The notes below the pieces were generated by a model that had not been told where the DNA came from, made no database searches, and worked only from the letters and a program-made list of their open reading frames with translations. Made by a program: the position numbers and the translations under genes. A stretch of 63,027 bases of DNA, counting the filler, from Catajapyx aquilonaris (taxonomy: Eukaryota), in assembly GCA_000934665.2 (NCBI GenBank). It is 4 parts of 4 records of this genome, joined end to end, with 100 filler letters (N's around TTAATTAATTAA, not from the genome) between each part and the next. Parts side by side here need not be neighbours in the genome. Positions count along the whole stretch, not along the records: positions 47,360 to 63,027 come from JYFJ02007434.1; 3 more parts are not named here. One strand, written 5' to 3'. Position 1 is the first letter of the stretch. Each line of letters begins with the position of its first letter. Below, piece after piece: positions 49,767 through 60,323 of the stretch.

Positions 49767-52047
49767 TATGCCGGTACTTTCAGGTCACCTGCGAGTATCT
49801 CAAACTACAACTTCCGCACAGTCCGCTCATACACTCCCTGAACCACGATCAGCAATCCTTGCCAGAACCAAGTGCCAAAGTCAGTTACAGATGGATTGCA
49901 TCAGCCATCCAGCCCACGAGGGCAAACCGTAGAGGGAGCGGACATCAGTGCTTAGTATCTCATAGCTGCCGTTGCATCATCATGGCGCGACATACCCCCC
50001 CATCATGGAGTTGTCACAAGTGGCGCTGTCAGACGGGGCACACTAGGGCGCACTCGCACCTGACACAACATACCGATGCATTCTTTGACCGTGTAGCGAT
50101 GTTTGACCCCACTCTAGTTTAGTACTGATAAATTGACCGTGTGGTGACCCCGCGATCATGCCACTGTCGCATGTCAGTTGCGCAACTCTGCATGTAAAGC
50201 TGACAACCTGGCATGTTTATTCCAAACTGAGGGCCCAGACGTATGACCCCTTCGGACGCGACGGGGTCAACAAGTTTACGTCAATGCACACGGGTGACCT
50301 GAATGTCAACCTGTTGCATATGAATGCGCCGGGAAAATATCTTACATTTGCATCATTTGTTTATACATTCCATTTATTTGACTCGCTAATGGTAGTGCCC
50401 GCATCTCTTGTCAACAGAACCTGAGCCGCGACTACAGGCGACGCATGGCTATATACCAACAATTTATCGATGAAGCTGCAGACCTGCACAAATATGGGCT
50501 TAAAATACGCACAGCCTCTTCAATCTGCGTCATAGGTGTTGCCTAGCGATAAGGCTAGCCTCACACCGTGTCTTTCCCTCTGCGGTACGCATGCAAGACA
50601 GTATATACCCTCAACGCACACTTATTCGATCGATTTCCACCATGGCGCTCAAACCCTCAATTTCCCCCCAAGTACAGCCTCTATCTGGCCTCTATGTTAC
50701 AACATTACATTGTGTGAGACCATATATTGGAGGCCGCCAAATGTGCAGGCTAGCGCTAACCAATACGGTTAACAATACGGTCAGACATGGTAATTTATCA
50801 TACGGTTTTAAAAAGGGTACTTGGTATGCAGCGCCATGCGGGGAAGTATGGAAGGTCTGCATATGATGTGCCGAAAGCAAATATTTTTATGCCGGGCAAA
50901 TGCTGCGATCGGCTGCGATCGCCATATCATCGCCGATCCGGTCGGCCCGTCGCGCCACTCGGTTGGAAATAACAGCTACTTTGCAATAACTGTGACGTAA
51001 ATTGTTCTGGCAGATAACTGGCTACGCAGTAGCAGCTATTACAATGCTGCTATTCTGTGACTCACTAACAACTAATCCGATTCCGCGATTCCGCTATCCT
51101 GATATTAGTGTTGACCATAAAAATGACATAATTATGCGCTTTTTGGCTACCCATTCGTAACTACAGACATCGTACATTGACCTACTCGGCTACTCTCCTA
51201 GGAGTATCCGCTGAAGATAGGGCTGCATCCACTGAAGATAGGGGTATTCGCAAGGATCGGGGATAGGGGGCTTGCTAAGCGCACGCGAAAAGAGAGGGAG
51301 TTACGGGGAGCTGGGCTCGGGTAAGAAAGGGTCAGTCCAGGGTCAGTCCCACTTCCTAGTACTGTTCCCTTCTTACGGGATGCTAAGTAATATCTAGAGT
51401 CCGGATTTTTAGGAAAGTGCCTATATTTAGTTCCTGAACAGTTGGGATGGTTTTGTGAAGAGATCTATATACGTTTCATGGGTGCAGCCGTGCAGGAATG
51501 TAAGCCGCCGTGGAAAATGTAGGTTTTATAGTGCCTATGAAATGGCATATTTCGTGGTCTTGGGAACTGTTTTGCCTATACTGGATTTTTGCGACTTTTC
51601 ATGCCTATTTAGCCTTTTTTTGGGATAGTTTTTGAATTTTTTGACGCCATTATTTGTCTCGGGACTTTTTTGGCCTATATTACGGACCTATTTCTTCAGA
51701 GGCATATTTTTGGGAGGTATAGGCTACTATTTTTTTTGTGCTCCTGAAAGGACCAAAATCGTTCAGAAGTAATACGAATCATGTTTCCGTGACGCGTATG
51801 CCAAATACTTTTCTAAATTTTTCCTCTGATTGGAACAATCAAAGAAAATTTTAGAAAAATATTTGGCAACATATTGTGCAAGTGGAAACGGCTATAAGCG
51901 GTAGAGTCCAGAGCAATAAGTGACACCAAGAGCTCTTGGTGACACTTGCTTTGCTTGCACTTTGTGTCTTTTGCCCAAGTTTCATGGTTTCCTGTCAGTT
52001 GGTTTATTGTTGTTATTAGGGTTTTCCTATGGTTTGTGACCTTTATG

Positions 52048-53483
52048 CAAAGGTGGGCATTTTAGCGCCTCTAATCAGCTAACAGCTAACAGCTGGACTA
52101 ACTTTTCGTTAGCTGATTAGATGTTTTCTCTAACTGTTCAGGTCGCTAGCTGACTAATTAGCTCCCACTAAATTAGTGCCGCACTGCAGCTAAATAAATT
52201 CAGCTAACAAAATTCATTCGTGTTCCTGTCTCGCTGTCCGTTCCTTTTTAAAATCGCATTGTTTCCACTCCAGGCAGTTATTAAAATAGACCAGTTTTAC
52301 AGGGCTAGGTGCCGGATTGTAAATTCTCTGTCACTTCTCTGTCTACCTGGCCAAAACTTATTTTCCGATCACTTCGGTGCGCGGATTATATTATATATCT
52401 ACCAGTTTTTTAAATGTAAATTTTGTCTTGCCTGTCTTTGTAGCTTTCTTCTGACAAGGGAACCTCTCGAAGTGTCACTCGAAGTTCAAGGTGAAATATT
52501 TTTTTTCGGGTTCCTTATCAGCTAGAAGGACAACACCCTTCTGGAGAAATCCTCGATCTCAAGCGTTTTCGAGATACAGGGGTCAAAAGGTCAAGAATGG
52601 ACCACTTTATGAAGGCCCTGAGGAAGCTATCATTAGTGCTATCGGCGAGATTTTTGGGATATAGAGGTTTCTTGGGATGGGGAATACAGTGGCATAACCA
52701 AAAATCATGAATTATGCACATGAAGGGTACTTCTCAGGGAAGGAGGTGGGAGGTGGGGGGACAAAAGTTACTATAAACAAAGTATTTTCTACTCCTTACG
52801 TCTTTAGACAGCACTGACTGGACGCCCAAGTTGGTGAATTTTGTCAAGAGGAGTGCTTCAGAAATTCTACATAATTCATGTTTGCATAATATAGTTAATG
52901 AAATTCACCAACTTGAGTGTCCGGCCAGTCAGTGCTGCCGAAAGACGTGAGGAGTAGAAAATACTTTGTTTATAGTAATTTTTGTCCCCCCACCTCCCAC
53001 CCCCTTCCCTGAGAAGTACCCTTCATGTGCATAATTCATGATTTTCGGTTATGCCACTGTATTCCCCATCCCAAGAAACCTCTAGATCCCAAAAATCTCG
53101 CCGATAGCACTAATGATAGCTTCCTCAGGGCCTTCATAAAGTGGTCCATTCTTGACCTTTTGACCCCTGTATCTTGAAAACGCTTGAGATCGAGGATTTC
53201 TCCAGAAGGGTGTTGTCCATCTAGCTGATAAGGAACCCGAAAAAAAATATTTCACCTTGAACTTCGAGTGACACTTCGAGAGGTTCCCTTGTGAGACAAA
53301 TAAAGTTTTTTCCTCTTTGGATTTGTTTATTACTTTTTGTACGGAAAAGTAGCCTAAATAACTAAATAAGGCATATGTGTAGCAATGCTATTAGCTATTA
53401 GCTATTTAGCAAATCCAATTTTTTGTAGTTAGCTGATCAGCTGTTAGAGAAGCTGATTTTTCGGTTAGCTGTGCCCACCTTTG
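52048..53483. mobile_element. hAT MITE with AGCTAA-rich subterminal repeats; right end duplicated at 53928
   Basis: TIR CAAAGGTGGGCA / TGCCCACCTTTG; 8-bp TSD CCTTTATG (52040-52047, 53484-53491). Confidence 0.9.
52455..53291. mobile_element. Young fold-back MITE with CAAGGG termini and TGA TSD
   Basis: About 390-bp near-perfect inverted arms; empty site CTTCTGAGACAAATAAAG visible at about 53634-53651. Confidence 0.92.
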
Positions 53484-53584
53484 CCTTTATGAGGCCTATA
53501 AAATTATTTTAGCTTTTTATTTTCTGTAACATTATCCTCCGTATGACCGAAGAAGGAAAATTTTTGTGCATATTTGTGGTTTTG

Positions 53585-53624
53585 TTAGGTTAGGTTAGGT
53601 TAGGTTAGGTTAGGTTAGGTTAGG
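53585..53624 (+). repeat. Interstitial (TTAGG)8, the arthropod telomere motif
   Basis: Eight perfect units. Confidence 0.95.
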
Positions 53625-56591
53625 TGTAGCTTTCTTCTGAGACAAATAAAGTTTTTTCCTCTTTGGATTTGTTTATTACTTTTTGTACGGAAAAGTAGCC
53701 TAAATAACTAAATAAGGCATATGTGTAGCAATGCTCTCTAGGCTTTATCAGCTTAGGTCTGGTTTTTAAGGGTAATGGAGCGGAAAAAAAAGGAAGTTAG
53801 CTGTTAGCATTAGCTTTAACTAAATTTCTAGCCATTTAGCATTAGCTATTTAGCAAATCCAATTTTTTTGTAGTTAGCTGATCAGCTGTTAGAGAAGCTG
53901 ATTTTTCGGTTAGCTGTGCCCACCTTTGCCTTTATGAGGCCTATAAAATTATTCTAGCTTTTTTATTTTCTGTAACATTATCCTCCGTATGACCGAAGAA
54001 GGAAAATTTTTGTGCATATTTGAGGTTTTTCGTGCCTCTTTGAGGGTTTTACGTGTCTAAAAATCCGGACTCTAGTAATATCTTGTAAGTCGCATATAGC
54101 GGAATATCGGATTTACAATAGCTGCTACTGAGTCGCAGAATAGCCTAATAGTGCATAGCTGCGTCTGAATAGCAGCTATTTTCAGTAACAGTTATTAAAA
54201 TAACAGCGGCAGGATATTATTTCCACTACGGCACTACTCCGACGGATCGGTGAAGATTGGAGGATCGGCGGTGTAGGCCTGCAGAAAGATATTCCAGTCC
54301 CGGATGAGCTGAAAGACCTGAAACTAGACGGTGGCAGCCTAGATTCCTCCCCCGCCCTGTAAGCCCACCCTCCGCCTGGTGTCTTTGTTGTTGCCGTGAG
54401 GCGCCCCGGTGACGTCGGGTGGAGACATCGCAGCTGGGCCTCATGTAGCAACTCAGGAGCTGGCCATTTGCGCCGCTCCTGATAGAGTTCGTCCCAGGAA
54501 TTCCTGGGGCTGGTGACAGTGGTGAATTATCACCAGCTGATTAGTCCTGCTGTGTGGTACCAACTGACGAACACCATGTCGAACGAGGTATGTGACTTGT
54601 GACGCATGACATGCACCTGACCTCAGGGGACAGGTGGATTGCGACATTTTCCGGAAGTAGGGTAGATGTTGCCTGTTGCATGACCTGATCAGTGGCAATC
54701 AGGTGGGGGACAAATAGGCGAAGGTCAAAGGTCCTGACCGTGGCATGCATCTGTACTTTGGTCATGGGCTGTCAGATGCCAGCCCTTCATCCCCTTGTAG
54801 GAAATGACAACCTCGTAGTTTGGATAATACTGTATCATATAACACAGAATTTGTTAGATAGTTAGGGCTACTTTTAGCTATTGTATTATATATTCTGCGG
54901 CACCTATTTTGCACAATAGTTAGCTCGTAGTTGTTATGGTGGAAATGGCTGACTTTTGGTCTGGTGTTGAACAAGGTAAGTGTGTGCATCGTAGGGAGCA
55001 CCTGTTGTGTCCTGTGTTCAAGTGTCAGGTTTTTGTCAGGTTGTGCAGGTCACCGTACAGGCAGCAAAATTCCTCTAGATTCAGTGGTATTGATGTAAAA
55101 AATTGAGACGATTTTGCAATGAAGTGCAATCTAAAGTGGTTTTTTTAAAAGTGCTATAGTATTGTGTATCATGTGACCTGGTATCCTCCAGGAATAGATC
55201 AATCCCCCAGCAACTGTACATATACACACAGTAAAGGCGCATTACCTATAGATTGAGGGTCCTGGGGAAGAGGATACATCACTGTCGTCATCGTTGTCAT
55301 GGTGACCAGTTGGGAGCCCAGCACCAAACAGGAGCTTTGCTCAGGCGACCGACATGGGGAAAAAAATATTCAGAGCTATTTCCATTTCAGAGTTTAGGAT
55401 TAGTACTCTTTATACAAAACTATTATATTAAGCATGTTATGCAAAAGTGCATGTCTTGGCTCTGAAAATTGTTGATTTCCAATAATTGCATTTTTTCTAG
55501 TCTGATATGTTGTCGTGATGGTACAGTACAATGAGAACTGCTTTAAGCCTCACAGTTGGACATCGGTTTCTTTGACGATTTTCTAACACTGAATGACCCT
55601 AGCTGATATTGGCAATTTATGCTCCATTACTGAGAAAATTGCATGCCAATTCATCTGACGTCCCTCATATGCATGTGAGTGGAGACATCTCCACTGATAT
55701 GGACAATGCTGAACACAACCAGGAGAACATTGACATGTAAACATGGCCGTGGACAGCTCAGCCACTCCCCCCGAGCATTTACATTGCTAATTATTTAAGC
55801 CTGGATGACAGTTGCATGCCATCAGATACGGTAGTTTGTTGTGATTGCCCAAACAGCCGCCAGATGTCACAGGGTGTGCCGATCGCAGCGCAGTGCAGGA
55901 TGCGGTGTAGGATGGGGGAACTAGGTGGAGGATCAACTGGTGTTAGGTCGTCTGCTTCTGCCCTGGTCGATGGTTGCCTGGTGATGTGGTGCGAGCCATT
56001 TCGTGAGGGGCGGTAGGGCCCCTAGTCAGCTGCTCCCCTGCCAGGCACCATGGATGCTCCGGTATTATATGCGGGTTGGGGTAGCTGTATTGTTAGGCGA
56101 TAAGGCCTTTGTTGATGGGGAGAGGAATGGCAGTCTTAGGCCTAATTGGGGGAGAGGATGATAGAGGGGCAGGGGCATTACATGGTAAGGTGACACTAGG
56201 CCTGGCCTGATGGAAAATGGAGGGTTTGTGCGAGTGGTTGAGATTGTCGACCTGTTTATGCGGTGGAGATGCTCTTCTGGTTAATAAAAGGCAGGATGTG
56301 GGATATGTAAGAGCTGGCGGTTGCATTGGGAAGCAGTGTCAATTAGATTCGATGTGCAGGATGGGAGGAAAACATGAGAGCAGAACTAAAATTGGTGCAG
56401 GTTGAACTCTTGCGGTATTTTCAATTCGTATGTGCTGTGCAATATTATAGGTTGCGGAACCACCTGCCACACTTAATGCGTAGGTTGTATTTTGCTTGTG
56501 TCATTGGGGAGGAGGCAGGAGTATGTGGCTATTAGAACTAAGAAGGTGCGTAGATGGGGCTGATGGAGATAGAAACGAAGGTTGAACTTCT

Positions 56592-56893
56592 CTCCGATTC
56601 ACATAAGAGTGAACCTTATTCGATATGCATACACCCGAGGGGGTCTGTGAACCACCCGAAAGTATAGTCCAACATGCCGGGCCCTACCGCTCTTCACAAC
56701 AAAATGTGCAGTTTGTGTAGCTCTGCAGCTACCGCATGGGCTAACCATGATAATTAGGCATTCGAATTACATGTACCAGCACTGTTTCTTTGGGAAAGCC
56801 ATAGATACCAGGGACTAATTTTGTGGCGCGGCGGCTCACCCGACCCCTCGGGCGTATGGGTATCCAAAAAGGTTCACACTTATGTGATTCGGA
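56592..56893. mobile_element. MITE with ~50-bp imperfect TIRs
   Basis: CTCCGATTCACATAAGAGTGAACCTT / AAGGTTCACACTTATGTGATTCGGAG. Confidence 0.7.
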
Positions 56894-56929
56894 GTGTAGC
56901 AGAGGAAAGTATGGTATTTTTGCCAAAGG

Positions 56930-57050
56930 TGTCATACCCCAAAACTGACCTTTCTGGCTAGGATGACATTGCCAGTAGCCGAAGAAAGCACTGATATAGC
57001 TCTTGAGGTCATCAGAAATGCATGCCAACCCACCACGACAAGGTGGAGGT
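56930..57050 (-). mobile_element. Second RTE/Expander-type 5' leader fragment
   Basis: Minus strand CTCCACCTTGTCGTGGTGGG...ATGACCTCAAGAGCTAT...CTACTGG; same motif order as 1613-1739. Confidence 0.55.
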
Positions 57051-57633
57051 TCCATTGTGTGAGACAAATGTTTTGACTTTTGTGCATTGATGGGTATGAT
57101 TGCCAGTTGCCCCCAGCAAAACTTCGTAACAGGCAAAGTGCACTAGAACTAAAATAACAGATGATGTGACATCTTGGGGTTGCTGACAAGTTGGTTGGGA
57201 AGCTATAATTTAAATTAATTGATTTTAACTTAGCATTAATCAAATAGTGAGGGATTAGCATCAGTAATATAATTCCATCACATTAAATGCAACAGAGTTG
57301 TGGAAATGTCCAAAACATCACTTATGGGTGAGAGTGTTTGGTAGGAATGTCAACAGCAGTCCTGTGCTGTTGGAGAACAAATCAGAGTTTTGTTGGGGCA
57401 ACCATATGTAACATAAATGTTTGAATGATCATTACTCTCACTGGGACCAGCACCGAGGGTGGAGTGTGTAAGGTCAGGTTTTCTGGACCCTGCTTTTATG
57501 CCACAACTGGGATGAAGATGACTTGTACTTCCAGGCTCTTCAATGAGGTCATGGAAAGCTGGAGTGCAAAGAATGATAGATCATTTAAATATCAATTTTT
57601 TGAAGCAATGGTATTTTGCAACTGATTTTTCAT

Positions 57634-57917
57634 AGGGAGGCATGGTGGTCTGGTGGTTACGCCACTGGCCAGCCAAGCGGGAGGCCGGGGTTCAAATCCT
57701 GTCCCCGTCACCTCTGCTTGGCCAGGTCTTTTTCCGCTTTTCACCCGGCATGCGGGGGCAGAATTTCACTCCCTACTCTGCCCAGGGCCAGGAGAAAAGG
57801 CCTGGTGTTTAAATAATGTCAGAAATGACTACTGCACAGCGCCCTCTCTTGGGAACCTCCCCTTCCCCCCAAAAAGGGCTCCGCCCTATCAGGGGGTGAA
57901 AAAAAAAAACAAAAACA
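57634..57917 (+). mobile_element. tRNA(Gly-like)-derived SINE, family D
   Basis: A-box TGGTCTGGTGG, B-box GGTTCAAATCC, A-rich tail, 10-bp TSD GATTTTTCAT (57624-57633, 57918-57927). Confidence 0.85.
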
Positions 57918-58128
57918 GATTTTTCATGATGACAATTTGTAACAAAAAGAGAGATTTATTTAAATAAATGATTTTGCAGCACTGGTTACAGAAGTTCAAA
58001 TGGGATAATGCAATGGGGGAGAATATGATTTGACACAATAATATCGGTTCCACTTTGAATGAGCAATTTACATCTCAACGGATCAGTAACAATCTGCCAT
58101 TGCCTCGAAAATTAATATGAGAATAAAT

Positions 58129-58374
58129 GAAGAGCACAGGGGAAAAACGGGGAATGTCACAGAAAAAATGTCCATGAAAAATCGAAGAAATAGCTTTATT
58201 TCTTCACGTGTCTAAAGAATAATAGGGATATCTTCACGTCATTATATGCAACTGTCGCCCTTGTACCCATGGAAAGCCTCCAGGTATAAGTGTCACCTAT
58301 GCTACTATTGTACTGTGCACTTGGCAGGAACCCCAACGGAATGTGACATTCCCCGTTTTTCCCCTGTGCTCTTC
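58129..58374. mobile_element. Sola1-like MITE
   Basis: TIR GAAGAGCACAGGGGAAAAACGGGGAATGTCACA with its inverted match; 4-bp TSD AAAT (AWWT type). Confidence 0.8.
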
Positions 58375-58879
58375 AAATTATCTAGCATTCCTCGTGCCAC
58401 TTTTCATAATTTGAAAGTGAAGGAAATTTTAAAATTTGAAATGCGAATTTTTGCAAAACGAGAATCTGCAAAACAAAGCAGTTTAACTTTTAAATCAGAT
58501 ATTATTAAACATCACTAAAAAGTGTTGTGGTAGGAGGAAAAAGTGGGCTGCAAACTGCATTGTATTGCTGATACATAAATACTATAAGCAATTTTGCAAG
58601 AAATTTGCAAGGCTGTCAGAGCAGAAGTGGCTGGGGGCACTGGCGCTGTGTGGCAACACTGTGGGGGCGCGTGAGGAAGGTGGCGGGGTACCGGCGGCGG
58701 GCAGGGTTCCGGTGGCGGGCAGGGTTACCAGGAGAGAGGGAGATTTGAGAATGCCATGACCCGCCATGACCGTTGAGACGGAGACTTAAATGTCGTGATT
58801 GTTGAAGGGAGATTTGATTGCCGTTACTGTTGCTATTCAAAACTGGGTGCTTGGCAAGGCCACAATAATCTTTGTTGGT

Positions 58880-59226
58880 CTTCAGCACGGTCTTAGAAGG
58901 AGAGGTCGGGAAACTCGCCGCCATTTTGCGTTCCGTTACTCATTCCCGCCGTGGCGCTGACTGGAGGTGGCCATGATGTGACCTGGATCGTGAACATCTC
59001 CATATTGCGGCCATCTTGGTATACGCTATCGGTAGCTAAGACCGTGATCGGTAGTAATCGGGAGGGGGGTCGCTATCGTCGCTATAGTTGTTATGGCGAA
59101 TGAACGACACGCACAGCGAGATTCCATTGTTTTACTAGCGCCGCTGCGGGAAGGAATAACGGATCGGCCTTTTCTATTGCGCTGGGATAGAAGTGTCCAT
59201 GGGCTGGTCTTCAGCGCACAGTGAGT
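58880..59226. promoter_or_regulatory. CpG-rich candidate promoter / first-exon region, possibly bidirectional
   Basis: High CpG density; YY1/Pho-type GCCATTTT and GCCATCTT motifs; minus-strand AAAATGGCG at 58924; plus-strand donor CA|GTGAGT at 59220/59221. Confidence 0.4.
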
Positions 59227-59661
59227 ACGGCAATGTTGGTGGATTCAACTCACAATAAGCCCCTAGCTCACTGTCGCTAGCATTTAACTAAAAACATCAC
59301 GCAATGCCACATGCCTTGATGGCATGGCCACAACAAAGGACAGTACTGGTGCTTCAGTAAAAGCCATACAGCAACACCCAAACAAATAGCTTGTTCATGG
59401 TGAGGCCCATGTTGCCAGCTGAGTTAGTCACTGACGTTCGTTCCCAGCCTGCTTCGGAGCTCCCATCTCCACTTCCCTTGCCACCCAAGCCCATGGCCCA
59501 TTTGCCTTCCCCCTCTGCCCAACAGCGCTCTCCCAACCTTCCGCCCCACTACACCATTCCCGCCAGCCGCTTCTGCTCTGTTGGTCATGCAAGCTATACC
59601 TGCAATTTCTGCCTTCCACCTTACTTTGTAACATCAAAGGAGCAATATAGCTCCCTCTTAA

Positions 59662-60195
59662 AGGGACACTCCACTCACAATGCAAGTTGGGCTCAAAAAA
59701 TCGGGCAAGAAATCCTGATTCCGATGGTATAAGCAGTTTTTTTGATAGACGAACGGTAAGGCCAGGGCGAGCGATCAAAATTTGGCAGTTCGTATCTGCT
59801 GCAAAACAGCAGCCACCGGGACTTGGCAGAAATTGGCTTAAGGTCATGCCATCCTCGGTCCACGCCACACTCCACGCCTGCACTGGAATAATAGGCGCAG
59901 TAGGAGATAGTCTGATGCTGGTCTGATGTTTACACTAATCTGTCCCAGAATAAGCCTACCTGCAGTTTCGGAACAGCATTGGGCTTCAGAGGTCGCCTTT
60001 TCTGATGTGGTGTGGCGGCGCGCGCAGCGGCGGGGGACTGGGCTGGAGGCGCAGCTCATTAATAGATGAAGCAAATTCTGAGTCTTGAACGCCTCGTCCT
60101 GGCTTTCCGCGTAGAAAAACACCAATTGCACCTTTGGAATCAGGATTTTTTGCCTGATTTTTAGAGCCAACTTGCATTTTGAGTGGAGTGTCCCT
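59662..60195. mobile_element. Kolobok-like MITE
   Basis: TTAA|AGGGACACTCCACTCA ... TGAGTGGAGTGTCCCT|TTAT; about 60-bp inverted arms. Confidence 0.8.
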
Positions 60196-60323
60196 TTATA
60201 GATTTCAAGTGATGCCTAGCATGACATGTGTGACTGCATCTTAATGCATCAGTATTTTGAATTATACAGGAATGGTGCTGAAATTCTTGTATGGTGAGAA
60301 CCTGCACAACAGGGGATTATTTT

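Larger units (their letters stand above)
51395..54074. mobile_element. Non-autonomous hAT element (TAG termini) hosting nested insertions
   Basis: Perfect 18-bp TIR TAGAGTCCGGATTTTTAG; perfect 8-bp TSD GTAATATC (51387-51394, 54075-54082). Confidence 0.9.

Noticed and set aside
54330..54600. Mab-21/cGAS-like relic (SFDMVF...ERRKWPAPELL, minus strand)
   Set aside because: Two in-frame stops and only a short motif resemblance; unsupported without an HMM search.
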